Assembly: GCA_963693365.1 (NCBI GenBank)
Contig: CAVNZM010000007.1
Location: forward strand, 5,329,962 to 5,393,961
DNA from: Amoebidium appalachense
Taxonomy: Eukaryota; Protista; Ichthyosporea
Length of the DNA: 64,000 nucleotides
Direction of reading: 5' to 3'
The notes below the pieces were generated by a model, which saw only the letters and a list, made by a program, of their open reading frames with translations, ran no database searches and had not been told where the DNA came from. The stretch's first letter is position 1. The number at the start of each line of letters is the position of its first letter. Position numbers and translations under genes: made by a program. This document shows positions 1-15,174 of the stretch, piece by piece.

Positions 1-67
1 GTAATAAATAAACTGAAGAAACGAATCCAGAGGATGAGGTGGTGGTTGTGGGAATGCGGGAGGACCG

Positions 68-118
<51 letters not shown>

Positions 119-1320
119 AGGGGCCGACGGAAAGCAGAGCTCGTAGCTCAAAACATAAGCTACCGACCATTTTTGTGACCCGCTCCAGCGCCAGTTGGGT
201 TCTCGATGTTTTCTCCCGTTCCAGCCATCTTGCCACCGGAAGTTCACCACAAGAGATTATGGCCTTATGTTATTTGTAAAAAGGATATCAGAGTTCCTTC
301 AGTAAAAACGAACGAAAAGTTGACCAGAAAGCTAAGGTATCGACAAAAAAGAGAAAAGACACCTTCTCATGTAACATGTACAATGTATGCCGCGGTCAAA
401 CCACACACTGCCAAGACTTGCCAAGAAGCGAGAGCAGTCACACTTTCACAGCCAGCATGCTGCCCGCACGCGTATTACGAATTTTGGCGCCTTTTTGAAT
501 TGATGGCCACTGGTGATTGGTTAAGAAAGGAAAGGGGTGCAAAAACGGCACACAACTTAGCGGATAGTATTTCAGCACATAATAGCCTAATTTGACCAAT
601 CGCCAGCTTCCCCATAATATACTCTATTTACATTGAAGAAAAAAAAACACAAAGAAGCTTTCTGATAGTGTCTAAGAGAAGGAAAGCAAGAGCCGACAGC
701 GTGGATCTGTGCAGGCACATTACAGCCTGCTCGGTGAAAAGTGGGTAGTACCAAAGCCAATATATATTTTAAATCAGTCAGTTTAATTGCAACTAAAATG
801 TTAAATGTCTTTCTGAACGCACCCAAACGTGATAAAGTCATGCTAAATAGATGGTAGGGCACCCATCGCGGTAACGCCGTCACAACGCCAACGGTCCGTT
901 TCTTCGTTGATGTATTCAAAGTTTAAAAAAAAAACGTTCGTTTTGAAGTGCGGGTGCTTGCTAGGATTCGGATGTTTATCGCATTGTCTTTACCTGTAGC
1001 TCTATTTCTATATTATTACTTGTAACACTTATCTAAACTTACGTTTCAGTCACCCCTTTCTTGTGGTCTTATCTCACAGTTTGTCCACCTGGTTTTTCTG
1101 TAAAGCGGATGTTCTTTCAACTAGTTCTAGTACTGTTTTTCTTGCTTTACTCAATAGCATACCTTTTCGCGTTCATCATTTTCACTACTGTTATTTATCG
1201 CGCTCCCGTTATTCATCCTTACACTTCATACCCCTTTTTCTTCTAGATTGACTCACTAGTTTTCTGAAACCCCCCGTTTCATCCACCCTCTAATCATAAT
1301 TCGCCCGTTTCTCTTCAGCC

Positions 1321-2719
1321 ATGAAGCCAGCTCAGAAGAAGAGGGCGTGTGCAATTGCCCAGAGGAGGGCCCAAGTAACACGGTCACCCAGAAAACAGAA
1401 AAATGAGCCACAGACAGATTACACAAAGACCCTTCCAGATGAGCTTTTGACCCTTGCATTCGGCCACCTTAGTCTCAAGGATAGGGGAAGTGTTTCTTTG
1501 GTGTGTAAACGTTGGTCAAAGTGCGTGCGACAAACGCCTTTCCACGGTGAGCTGACGTGTAGCTTCACACCCGGAACAGTAAAGGAAAAGATAGCGGGGT
1601 TTTCCAAGTGGGCAAACAGCGTCACGGTTATGTCTCTCGTCATCGGAGAAGGGGTTGACAAGGACATTGTAGGCGCACACAGGCACATTAACTCTGCCCT
1701 CGCGTCTGCGAGCCTACTGCACACTCTTCTAGTTGAGTGGAGGGGAAAATCTTCCACCACGGGATTGTCTTTCCTGCGCAACCTGTCCCACATTCGCTGC
1801 CTTAAGCTGTCGGGTGTTCCGGGCAAGGGTGCACACCTGGAAACCCTCGCCGGGTGCAAGAATATCGAAAAAGTCGACATTTTGAGCCACGAAACGAACA
1901 GCCAGGTGAAGCTCACCGGTTTAAAATCGCTACACAAGCTAAAGGAGTTCCGCTGGCAGGGTGTCCGTGTTCCGCACAAAGATTTCCTCAAGCCCCTAGC
2001 AAAGTGTCGTATGCTCGAGAAAATCATGTTTGCGGCTGGACAGTGCAACCACCACTACCACTTCCTCTTCCACTTGGACATCGCATGCCTCTCTGGGCTC
2101 CCGCTCCACACCTTGTATGTGTGCGGGGCGAGGGTGCTCGGTCTTTCCGAGCTTGCAAGCAGCAGCACGGGGGAACATGCTACAAACCGTGGCCCTGTGT
2201 AAGAGCGGGCTAGTGAATGCAGACCTCGCAGACGTCGGTAGGCTCAAGAACGTCGTTTCCCTCACGCTTACAAACAACGGTTCGATTACGGACATCACCC
2301 CTCTTGGCCATCTCAAGAAGGTGAAGAACGTGTCTTTGAGCAACACACAGGTAGACAGTGTGGAGGGTCTTGCCGGGTGTGAGAATCTGGAAACTCTGGA
2401 CGTGCAGGATTCGCACGTGAGGGACGTTGGGCCGGTGAGCGGGTGTGTGCGACTGTCGGTGGTGATGATAGACAGAGGCACGAACGTAGAGGGACTCTCG
2501 GAGAGGGTGGAGGTTTGTTATCCCCCAGACCCCTTGGATGACATGCTCTTCCCTTTCATGATGATGAACAGCGCCATGTCTTTCAACCTCATCCCGTTTT
2601 TGATTTGGGGTGGGTTATATGGTGGCATGATGGATTCGTCGGATGGAGAGGACAGCACGCTGGGTTTTGACGAATCCGATGAGGATGTGTGGGGGTCTGA
2701 CAGCGAAGGCGAGGTGTAA
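1321..2719 (+). CDS. Intronless F-box + leucine-rich repeat protein (~465 aa once one frameshift near 2157-2173 is corrected)
   Basis: ORF 1321-2202 has the F-box motif LPDELLTLAFGHLSLKDRGSVSLVCKRWSKCV followed by LRR-like repeats. The overlapping ORF ending at 2719 continues the LRRs (ITDITPLGHLKKVKNVSLSNTQVDSVEGLAGCENLETLDV) and ends in an acidic tail. Removing one G from the G5 run at 2169-2173 (or one A at 2157-2158) fuses them. Confidence 0.8.
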
Positions 2720-3678
2720 TGATCAGTAGGGGGAGGTGGGTGTGTGGGTGGTAGAGTAGGGGTTGTGAGTATCTAGTGCTGCTTTCGTAGCTGCCTATAT
2801 ATGGCCCGTGTTCATATCCGTACTCGTGTTTGTTGTTATGTTGTGCTATATGACGAAAATATGATTATGCGCGAACTTTTACCGTTGAATTTGGTGTGGA
2901 TGTGATAGGTTGCATGTTTTGGTGGTGGTGGGTTCTCCTTGAAGGAACGTAAGTTGTGTCTAATACTGCTGAATATTTAATGCATGTGTATGGCGCCTGA
3001 GTCTAACACGGGCATTTTATGGTACAGATTACTTCTTGTTTATTGTATAGATAATGCTGCTACCGGGTTCCCAACGAAACAGAACCATATATGAATATTG
3101 TTACGAAATACGTCTCTGTCGTTTTTGTTCTCAAGTACAACTTTTAACGAAGTCCGCAATTTGATGGCTTTCCCATACTACGAAGTGAATTAACATCCTT
3201 TCTTGTAAGTGTAACACGTCATTTGGCAAGTGACTGTGTAACTTGCATCGAACGTGAAAGTCATATGCAAGGTATGTTCTATGCATAATGACACAACTCT
3301 TGAACTACCGTGATAGTGGAACTTGAGTGTGAAGAGTCAGGCAAGACATGTTCCGGTTGCAGTTATTGCCGATGTTTGAGACATGCTCTTGAACACGACG
3401 TGCGCCTGCGCTTTCCACGTAACATCCAAGCAAACCATCTCAGTGCAAAAAATCACACGAAGCTTTGGTTGACGTACCCGGGCGTGTGCACGCAACACTG
3501 CACTTCGGTGTTCCAGCACATATTGTTTTCACACCATGATTTGCCCCCTCCCCATCCCCACTGGTTGCCCCCACCACCACATCAACAACCTCATGGCACC
3601 CAACCCATGGCTCACACTTATCCAAAACCGAAACCACCGTATGCCTGCAAAAGAATATTAACTTTGAAATGCATTACC

Positions 3679-3679
<1 letters not shown>

Positions 3680-3768
<89 letters not shown>
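3680..3768. repeat. Pure poly-C tract of 89 nt, the longest homopolymer seen; similar tracts at 69-117 (G49), 24298-24356 (G59) and many other sites
   Basis: Directly visible. Exact lengths may be affected by sequencing error. Confidence 0.9.
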
Positions 3769-3769
<1 letters not shown>

Positions 3770-3949
3770 CGTAATATATGTTAACGTTAAACCTGTGTTC
3801 TAGGTGGCCGTGCCCCACCCCCTCCCCCAACCCCCCCGGCCCCACACGCTCCTTTTCTTCTTCTCAGTCCTCCCCCCTCCTCCTCCCCCTCCCCCCTCTC
3901 CCCTGGCCCCCCATTTCTTTTCTTCTTCTTAGCCCCCCCCTCCCCTCCC

Positions 3950-3991
<42 letters not shown>

Positions 3992-6014
3992 GTCTCCCCC
4001 TCCCCCCCGCACACACACACCCAAGCCCTGCCCTGCCCCGGGCCCGCGCCCCCTCGTTTCCTTTCAACTTTTTTTTTCTTTTTTTCTTTTTTTCTTTTTT
4101 GGGGGGGGGGGTTGTCGGAATATATGCGTTAGGACAACACAAACAAAAAGCAATTTTGCGAACTTAACTTGCGAAGGTATACCGATGTTAGCAGAGCCCG
4201 TATTTGAGGAGAAGGATGGAGGGAGGGACGGAGGGAAGAGGGGAGGGGGGAGAGGGGGGGCTGGGCAAGGGGCAGCTAGGCATGGCATAAGCACAAAATC
4301 ACAGAAATTTACACGTACACTTCACACACACATGAGCTGCCCAAATGTTCTTACATTCCCTCGAGGATCCGTACGTAGTTCACGTTCTGAGCCCCTGGCT
4401 GCTAGTGCACATGTCCAGATGCTTGTTGCAAACTCCCTGAATCCGCTTGAAGGTAGTTTGCTGAAATAAACTCCAGCTAGTATTTAGCTTTATCTTTTTG
4501 ATATTGTACAACTAACATTTAATTTTACCAATTCGCCTTAAGAATGATGATATCATTCGGAGCCCCAACTTCCTTAACATTCGTCGAAAAACACGGGGGA
4601 AAAATGTGCGCAGGCCCCCCTTGGCAAGATCATGAAAGCCACGAATGCCACAGCGTTTTACCATTATGTCTGTGAAGATGTATTAGTAGCCGGGGCTTCA
4701 GGCACGGGAACACACTGGCAATGCTACATGGCACCTGTGTGTCCTTGACATGGTTATAAGATCTTCAGCACAACAGAACTACAAAAAAATAGGACCCGAA
4801 TGCTGGCTGGTAATTCCTGTTAAGAGGCGCTTTTTTGTTCTTAGACTTGTAAGGTTTATTACACAACATATATTGTAGGTGAACAAGTGCATGCATATGC
4901 ACGCGCACACACCAGTCTACACGAAGGCACGCACCGCTTGTTGTCTTAGAAGTGCGACGCATACACTTATCACAGTCAAGGACAAAGAATCACACATGCC
5001 AATGATTTATTTACCCCCTTCCTCTTTCCCCTTCCCCCCTTCCCCCCGGCGCCGCGTGTCTTTTGTCTCGCCCATCTCTTAGAGCCTGAGCCTCACACGA
5101 TGCCTGTCACCCTCCCGGGCAACATCGTGTGCGTGTAAGTGTGTGTGCAATTAATTAATTGCAAGTTGATTGAACGATGCGTCGGGCTGGAGATAGAAGG
5201 TACTTTGCATTCACTGACGTTTGGGTAGTCTCATAGCAAATGTGGCTTTATTGCCGTTTTCCTCTTCGAACGTAATTGCATTCGCATACTCTTGAATTCT
5301 TTCAGTCACGAAAAGCAAGTGCACACAGAAGTGCACACCAACAAATTTGACTGGAACACCTGAACATGACACGACCACACGTGATATAAGGATAACCTTT
5401 GAAGCCGTAAACTTGTGGCCAATTTATTGATTTGAAAACCAAAGGCTGTTAACTTTGTTAGCGGGTAAACTTGTGAGGCGGTAACCCATGGGCGCGTAAA
5501 TCGTGCGATCTGATTGGTCAGATCAAAAGCCTTCCTTCGTCATTTTGTCGCGCGCGGTTGAACAGAACACAACGGTCCCTGCTTCAAGTTGAAGTTTTCA
5601 TAGTTTCCGTTCTGTTTTTTCGGGTCTATCTTTCGAAAATACTTAAACTGTTTGGGTAAAGTAAACATATATGAAGTCTAAGCACCGTTGATAGTAATTC
5701 GTGCATTCTTAACGCTCACATTCGTAAAAACCAAACTTTACAGTGCAGCTCTCTCCATTCGTTCAGGAGGTTTTGAGCTCCCATGTTAGTCTTTGGACCA
5801 GAAGTACTCCAGTGATTCTTCTCTAAAGACCTTCTCTAGAGACCAACGCATATTGCTATTAGCGTTCTAACAGCCGCCATCTGGCTTTTTATCGGCGATT
5901 GATGGTTTATTTCTTGGCTCCTGTCTGGTAGCATGTTCTAGTTTATTGGGATCTTAGATCTAGAGGTGTTAGGGATCCGTTCTTTGATAACATCATCAAG
6001 CAGACTCTGTGAAG

Positions 6015-6337
6015 ATGTCTGCACCAGTTATGCAAATAGACCCAGAGGCACTGTCCTTTATGGACATTGGCCTCCTTTTTATTAGGAAAATTCAGGATAG
6101 CATGCCCGGCCTTCCAGAGAATCTTTGGCCCGGGGAATACCTCGAGTTGTATGTGAAGCCATGGCTTAACGTATACGTGAAGCCGTGGTGGGATGCATAC
6201 ATCAGGACACTATATACCGAGGTAAGCTTTACACGTGCCGTGCGTGTGTTCTATGATGTAATGGCAATTGCACTCTGTTAGATAACTTAGATCTCTGAAC
6301 GGGAAATACAAGCAACAACACTACACATCGTTTTGCG

Positions 6338-6377
<40 letters not shown>

Positions 6378-6727
6378 CCCCCCTCCGGCCCCGCCGCCCT
6401 CCCCGCCCCATCCCCCACACACGCACACATTCCTTTCCCCACCAATGCCATTTTTTTCAAGGTCACACAGTACGCAGGAATACAATCACGTGCGCACAAA
6501 TTAAACTCTACTAACTCAATTTATGTTGCCGGCATTTACATACATCTCTTTCTTTTTGCCAAGTGACGAGTCAGATAAGGTAATAGTTGCTGTGGCCGTG
6601 CGTGCTGTTTTCGGCGCTTTCTCCATTTTCTCGTGTGCTCACCCCCGTCCCCCCCCTAGCCTGCACGCACTGGTCTCCCCCTAACCATACATGTAGCCCC
6701 CTCCCCCCCCCCCCTCCCCCCCCCCCC

Positions 6728-6764
<37 letters not shown>

Positions 6765-7561
6765 CATTTTTTTTCCCGGGGTGGTATGTCCTGCATTGTA
6801 AACTACACATCGCAGAAGCACGCACCCACGTTCACCCATATAAACCAGAAACTTGTTACTTAACCTTCTTAGCAATCCTGTCTTTGTCGACTTCATGGCA
6901 AAAGAGTCCCCCATGACATACCTGTTTGTTGTTTTTTCTTTGTGTCACTCGACTGAAAATGCCTATGGGTTTCTATGTGCAGGACTATTCCTCCTACCAC
7001 GTTTTGATAGAGGTGCTGTTGTTCCTTGTTCTTCTCAAACTGCTCATCACCCCACGAGAGCGCAAGTCCAAGGAGGGGGAGAAGCTGACAGAAAAGGTGA
7101 GCTGATGTGTGGGGAAATAGAAAGGGAGGGTCCCCCCCCCCCCCCCCCCCCCTCCCCACCTCCCCTCTCCCTCTGGACTTCCTCACGTTTTTGGTCTGCT
7201 TTCCCCCACCCGCTAGGGGGGAGGGGGGGGGGGGGGGGCTTCTACGGAGGGGGCACATGCAGAGGGTTTGTGTTTGTGTGTGTGTGGGGGGGGGGGGGGG
7301 GGGAGGAGAGGGGCAGACAGAGTAGGGTGGGGGGGGGGGGGGGGAGAGGTGGGGGAAGAAAGGGGAGGGGGGGTGGGGGAGAAATTATGCTTATGATGGC
7401 AAGAAGGACATTTCCAAGGCAGAGAACGACAGAAAGTAAGATGGAAGAGAAAAGTGAAGGAGCAGGTTAGATAAGGGGGTTAGAAAGTATTGAGTGCTCA
7501 TGAAGCAACACGATTGTTTTCTTGTGGGAGGGGGCGGGGGGAGAGGGGGGGGTAGGGGGGG

Positions 7562-7592
<31 letters not shown>

Positions 7593-8241
7593 AAAGGGGG
7601 GAGAGTGCACGTGGACTGAATGCAGATGCTCAAACAGTATGTGTGACCCTCCGAGCTGTTTTTGTGAAAAACCGCCATAGGTTTCTTTAACCATTGCTTG
7701 TCGGAGAGCTCTCCCTTGCCCTCTCACTCCCCCTTCCGCTATCCCTCCCTCTTTCTCTCTCGCTTTCTCTCTCTCTCTGCCGCTCTCTCTCCCCTCACAC
7801 ACACACACACACACACTCTCTCTCTCTCTCTCTCCTCCTCCCCCTCCCCCCCCCCCCTCTCTCTTTCTCTCTCGCCCTTGCCCCTTACCGTTGCCCTTGC
7901 CCTCTTCCTTTTCTTTCTCGCGCGTGCACACACGCTCTCTGTCTCCCTCCCTCTCTCTCTCTATCCCCCCGCCCCCCTCTCCTCCCCCCTCCTCCCCCCC
8001 CCCCCCAAAAAACAAAACGGTTCATACCCACTTAAATGATGTCCACCCCCCCCCCCCCCCCCCACCCGCACACACACACAGACTCCCACCCATCCCTCCC
8101 CCCCCCCCCCCCCCCTCCCCCCCCCCCTCCCCCTCCCCCCCCCCCCCCCCCCCACCCCCCACAGAGACACACCCTACCCCCCAGCCCGGCCATAACCCAC
8201 ACACACACACACACGCACGCACACACACACACACACATACA

Positions 8242-8281
<40 letters not shown>

Positions 8282-8387
8282 AGATAGATGCGCTTGTGGA
8301 GGAATATGAGCCCGAGCCGCTGATGAGCCGTCTGGTGGATGAGGCAGACAGGGCCGTGGTGCAAAGGCCAGTCGTGGTCGGGTACGT

Positions 8388-8418
<31 letters not shown>

Positions 8419-8581
8419 GTGTGTGCGTGCGTGCGTGCGTGCGTGCGTGTGTGCGTGCGCATGTGTGTGTGTGTGTGTACGTGTGTTGAAGGGGGGGAGG
8501 GGGAGGGATGGGTGTGTGTAAAGGTGTGTAGGTGTGTATGCTGGCAGTTGATTGGTTGGGGTTAGGTGACCATGTATGTGG

Positions 8582-8669
<88 letters not shown>

Positions 8670-8710
8670 GGTGTGTATGTATCGTGTGTGTGGGTTTTTT
8701 TGGGACCTGT

Positions 8711-8741
<31 letters not shown>

Positions 8742-8884
8742 GGGGGGGATAAGATGTGAATGTAATTCCTGGGATTGATTGGGGGGGGGGGGGGGGGGGG
8801 GGGTGGAGGGGGTGGGAGGGAGGGAGGGAGAGGGAGGTGCAGAGGAAATTAGAGAATGAGAGGGGAGTGGTGTGTTTGTGTGCG

Positions 8885-8915
<31 letters not shown>

Positions 8916-10485
8916 TGTGGGGGAGGGGGGGGGGAGGGGAGGGGGAGGATGATGGTGCTGACTGCAGATTGTATTGTTTTTGTTGCAGACCTGCTACCCC
9001 CGTGTCCAAGTATTCAGACGGCAAGGAGAGAATTAATCTGGCTACATACGATTTCCTGGCTCTGGTCGGGGATAAGGAGGTCGAGGTATGTGGCTGCATG
9101 GATTTTTTTTTTTTTTTTTTTTTGGTGGGGGGGGGGGGGGAAGGGTTCGGTGTGCGTGCTGGGGGGAGGGATGGGGGAATCGGAAGGGTGGTAGGGGTGA
9201 GTGGGGAGAAAGGGGGAGGGGGGGGGGGGGGGGGAGGCAGTGGGGGATCGGGGTTGGGAGGCAGGCATGAGCGCGCGTGTGTGTTTGGGGGGGAGGGGGG
9301 TAGAGGGGATAGGGAGGGAAGGGATACGAGGGAAGGAAGAAATGACGGGCTTATGTCGATGCAAAGCGGCCGGATGGGGAAATTTTTTCGTTATTGCCAG
9401 TCTGTATTTGCGCTGGGAAGGTTGAGTCGGACAGGTGCCCGGAAGGGGGGGGGGGGGGGGGGGGGGGGGGAGGGAGGGGGAGAGAGACTATGTTAGTAAT
9501 TTTTGAGTGACTTGGGAGAGAGAAGAGCTGTGTTAACAAACACTGTCCTCCTCACACAGGAAGAGGCAAAGAAATCCATTCGAAGCCACGGAGTAGGCTC
9601 GTGTGGGCCCAGAGGTTTCTACGGCACAATAGGTATGTGTGTGTGTTTGCACGTGTTTGCGTATGTGTGTGCCTGTGTGTGGGTGTTCGTCTGTGTGTAC
9701 ACACACCTGCCTGTCTGCGTACCTTTTGATCCAGTACGCATGTGTGTGGGTGTTGAATGTGGGTGGCGGTATGGGTCCTATTTATTGTGAGTGGATGGTT
9801 GCACACATATGCATGTACCCATGCTTTTGACTCCTGCACTTTTTCTATCTTCGTTTCTTATTATCCCTCTTCCTGAATCCCCCCCCCCCCCCCCCCTTCC
9901 CCGGCCCTCCGTCCTCCCTTTATTCCCTGTTGCCCTCCTCTCCTTCCACCACCTTGTCAGGCACATATCTTTCTTTCTCTTTATCTTTCCGTCATTACCT
10001 TCCCCCTCCCCCCGTCCTTTCTTTCCCCCCTCCCCCCCACCTTTCCCTTATCTCCCACCTCTCGTGTTTTTCTCCCATTCCTTTTCCCTCTCAGCAACAC
10101 TATAGCACTGTGAAAATATCCACATGCAAAAATTATCCTGAAACACGCGTTCTTGCGAGATCTTCAGTCACCAACTCCCAGTGGAGAGCACGCGCACACA
10201 CACACAGACACACACACACATCAGGCATGTGGAAACGCACACCTCTGCATGCAACCGCACACACGCGCGCGCACACATACACACACACACACACACACGC
10301 ACACGTACACACGTACACACGTACACACACATGTACACACACACACACACGACAACACTCACGTTGCATACGTACACACACACACTCACGCACCCCTTTC
10401 CCCTCCCCCCTCCCCCCCCCCCCCCCCCCCCCCCACACACACACATACATACACACACTTACAACCCCCCACACACACAACATCC

Positions 10486-10516
<31 letters not shown>

Positions 10517-11176
10517 ACAACACCTCCCCCTTTCCCCCCTCCCTCCTCCCCCCCCCCCACACACACACACAAACACCCCTCCCCCCCCCCCCCTCCCATA
10601 CACACACAGATTCGCACATGACTCTCGAGGACAACCTAGCCAAGTTTCTTGGTGTCGAGGAGGTCATTCTCTACTCGTACGGATTTGCCACCGTCGCATC
10701 TGCCATCCCCGCTTACGCAAAACGTGGCGACATCATTTTCTGGTGTGTGTGTGTGTTGGGGGAGGGGGGGGGGGGGGGGGGAGAGAGAGAGAGAGAGAGA
10801 GGCATGTGTGGGACGGTGGGTGGGTGTTTGGGTGTGTTTGTATGTTAGTGTGTGTGTGTGTGTATGTGTGTGTGTGACTATGTGTACCTGGACGTGCGGA
10901 TGGGCATTGGTGTGTGTGTGTGTGGTCACCATCTCTCACCTTTTCAATTATAATGGCTTCTGTGTCTTGCTGTGCTGTTGGTTTAGTATCTTCTTTTCTC
11001 TCTCTCTATCTTTTTCCGTGTTTGCTAGTTGCCCCGGGCATGTCTGTTCGGAATGTGTGTTGTTGGGTGGTGGTGGTGATGATGTGGTGTGTGTGGGGGG
11101 GGAAGGGGAAAGGGGTGGGGAGGGAGGGAGGGAGGGGGGGGGGGGGGGGGGGGGGGGGCAGCATCTTGGAAGTGCG

Positions 11177-11244
<68 letters not shown>

Positions 11245-11826
11245 GTGGGGGGGGGGGGGGAGGGAGGGGAGGGGAGAAGGGGGAAGGGGGGACGTGAGTA
11301 GGTGTGTGTGCCTGAATTGTTCTGTGCAAGTACGTGTGCGCGTGTGTGCGTGCATGTGCGTGCATGTGCGCCTGTGCATGCGTGAAACTTGTTGTCTGGC
11401 CTCCAGACCGTGCCTCCGTGTGCTTGTGTGCCGACAACTGCACACACTTGGGTGAGCAGATCCACCACACGCGCGCGCGTGTGTGCACACACACACACAT
11501 ACACACCCACACACACACACACACACACACCCTTCTTCATCTATTTCCCCCTCTCTCCCACTCTTCCTCTCCCTCCCGCCCTCCCGCCCTCCCGCCCTCC
11601 CTCCCGCCCCCTCTTTTCTCTCCTCACCCGCCCATCCCCTCCCCCCTTAAACACCGCCACTTACCTCTCTCTCTCCCCCAACAATATGGGGGGGGGGGGG
11701 GAGGAGGAGGGGGGGGGGGATGAAGATATAGATCGATTATAGAAAGCAAATACTCCCTCCCCCCCCCTCCCCCCCAAACACCGCCATTTACCACTCTCTC
11801 CCCTCTCCCCCTCTTTCTCCCCCCCT

Positions 11827-11857
<31 letters not shown>

Positions 11858-12205
11858 CCCCGGCTTGCGCAGCGACCAGGGTGTATCTTTTGCCATCCAG
11901 AAGGGTCTGCAGGCGTCACGTAGCAATCTGCGGTGGTTCAAACACAACGACATAGAGGACTTGGAGAGAGTGCTGAAAGAACAGGAGGAGGAGGACAGGA
12001 GGGTGGGTGCAGGTGGGGTGGGTGGGGGGAGAGGGGGGGGGGGGGGGGGGGGGGGAGGGGGGATGTTATTTTCCACTGCTATTTTTTCACGTTTCCGAAC
12101 TCGGAAGGAGGTTGGGTAGGAAGCTGCGGAGGCAGCCGGAGGAGGAGGAGGACAGGAACGGGTTTTCTTTCTCCCTTTCTTACTTTCTTTCTTGCTTAAT
12201 TAGTT

Positions 12206-12255
<50 letters not shown>

Positions 12256-12504
12256 CTAGTATCTAATAATTAGAGTATATATTTTTTTGCCTCTTTTTGT
12301 AAAGCTAGGACACTGTGTGAGTGTGTGTGTATGTGTAGGGAGGGAGGGGGGTATTCGTCCTCTGAATGTCATGCTTCATGTCTCTCCCCGCATATGCATG
12401 CACACGCACAACATTGAAAACAACACGACATGTGTGCATGCACGCACGCACACAAACACACGTACACGCACGCACACCTACACACACGTACACGTATACA
12501 CACG

Positions 12505-12559
<55 letters not shown>

Positions 12560-13357
12560 CACCTAACACTAATTCTTCGCCCTCCTCCCCCTCTCCCCCC
12601 CCTCCCCCTTCAAAAATAAATAAAAACCGCAGAAACCAGCAAAGGCAGCCAAGATCAGGCGGTTCCTAGTCATCGAGGGTCTCTATGCAAATTTCGGCGA
12701 CATCTGCCCCCTACCAAAAATCGTATGCAGCCCCCCCCCCCCCCGTCCCCCCCCCCCCCCCCCCCTGAGGATGGGCTCTGCTTATGACGCATACTGTGCG
12801 CATTGCTGATTTTGCATACTTGAATGTTTGTCTTTGCGTGTGTCCTGCACCATGCTTCTCATCGTGTATGCGTACTTCGTACCGTGTTCCGCATTCAAAC
12901 CCCCACCTCCCCCCCCCCTCCCCCAGCCCCTTCTTCTCATCAGCGGCAGTCGCTTCTCCACCTTCTTTTTTTCAGTGTTTTTGCCTCCCCTGTCCCCCCT
13001 CCCCCACCCCACCCCCACCACCACCCCCACTCCTATTTCCACATCCTTCATCTTTCATCGGGCATTGTCTGCCTGTCCAGTGTGTGTGTGTGGGGGGGGG
13101 GGGGGGGGGGGGGGGGGGAGGGGGTGTGTGTGTGGGGGGGGGGGGGGGGAGGGGGGGAGAAGAGGGAGGGAGGGGAGGGGGGCAAGGGGGGGAGGGGGGA
13201 GGGGGGGTTACACCGCTGGGTATGTTAGGTGTGTGCATGTGATGTCGTGTCGGTGAAGGGCCTGGAAGGGGGGGAGGGGGTGGGTGGGTGGGTGGGTGGG
13301 TGGGTGGGTGGATGGATGGATGGGCGTGTGCGGGTGTGTGCGTGTGTGCGTGCATGC

Positions 13358-13401
<44 letters not shown>

Positions 13402-13651
13402 CGGTGGTGGGGGTGATGGTGGTGGTGGTGGTGGTTGGGGGGGGGGAGGGGAGGGGTGGTATGCAAATGTCGTTTGGCACGGCGGCACTAGACACATTGG
13501 CACCCGTGCACACAAACACATGAACACATAGAATACGCATACACATGCACATATGGGTGCTATGCACAGTAATACACACGCACACATTCAACAATGTTTT
13601 CCACCTGACCCTTGATGTCGTCTTTTTCTCTGGCTCTCGTTCTCTCTCTTT

Positions 13652-13689
<38 letters not shown>

Positions 13690-13794
13690 CCTCCCTCCCT
13701 CCCCCTCCCCCTTTACCTGCCAGTATCTGTCAACAGATAAATGCCCACACCGACACGCATACTCGCATGCACGCACACAACACACATCTCTCTC

Positions 13795-13827
<33 letters not shown>

Positions 13828-13850
13828 CCCCCCCCCCCCCCCCCCCCCCG

Positions 13851-13890
<40 letters not shown>

Positions 13891-13934
13891 TCTCTCTCTC
13901 CTCTCTCTCCTCACACTCACACACACACCCTCTC

Positions 13935-13976
<42 letters not shown>

Positions 13977-14235
13977 CCCCCCCCCCCCCCCCCCCCCCCT
14001 CCCCCCTTTACCTGCCAGTATCCGTCAACAGAGAAAAGCCCACACCGACACGCATACTCACACCTACACACACGTACACACACGTACACACACGTACACG
14101 TACTCACACGTACACGCAGGTGGAGCTCAAGTACAAGTACAAGTTCCGCATCTTCATGGAGGAGAGCATGTCCTTCGGTGTCCTCGGCAAGACGGGCAAG
14201 GGTGTTACAGAGCATTTCGGCGTTAACGTATGCCC

Positions 14236-14271
<36 letters not shown>

Positions 14272-14394
14272 CCCCTCTCTTCAACCCGAACCTGGCTTCC
14301 TTCTCGCCTCACCCTCCATACATGCACCGCAAGCACATACCCCCCCACCCTCCTCCCACACCCACCCACTCACACACACGCACACAAACACACG

Positions 14395-14493
<99 letters not shown>

Positions 14494-14883
14494 ACACACA
14501 CAATATATACCACCATCCCCGTGCTCCCAATCAAAAGAAACGCTCACCTGTCGTATCAATTCACCATAACCCCACCTTTGCCAGTTCAATAAAACATGTA
14601 CGTCTCTTTGTTGCCAATGCAGGGTTTTTTGGCATGACGAATGCAGGCACACACAAGATCTACACTTGTAATCACACACACGCACACACACACAAACTTG
14701 ACACACAACCGCGCACACACGCAAACACACTACACACACAAGCGCGCGCGCACACATTCGCACACACACTCAAACAACACTAACACACTCACACTCACAC
14801 TCACACTAACTTACACAGGCGCACACACACACACACACACGTACACATGTATGCACACTCACACACATGCACACGCACACGTA

Positions 14884-14950
<67 letters not shown>

Positions 14951-14952
14951 AG

Positions 14953-14986
<34 letters not shown>

Positions 14987-15108
14987 TCACGGACATCGAC
15001 CAGATTTGCGCGTCAATGGAAGGGGCCCTCGGTTCCGTGGGTGGATTCTGTGCAGGTTCAACCTTCGTTATTGATCACCAGGTGTGTGCGTGCGTGTGTG
15101 TGTGTGCA

Positions 15109-15174
<66 letters not shown>

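Noticed and set aside
13709-14060. ~55-bp duplicated segment in SPTLC1 intron 8 (also small duplications near 19856, 22042, 25021/25501)
   Set aside because: Ordinary local duplications among microsatellites, with no sign of function.
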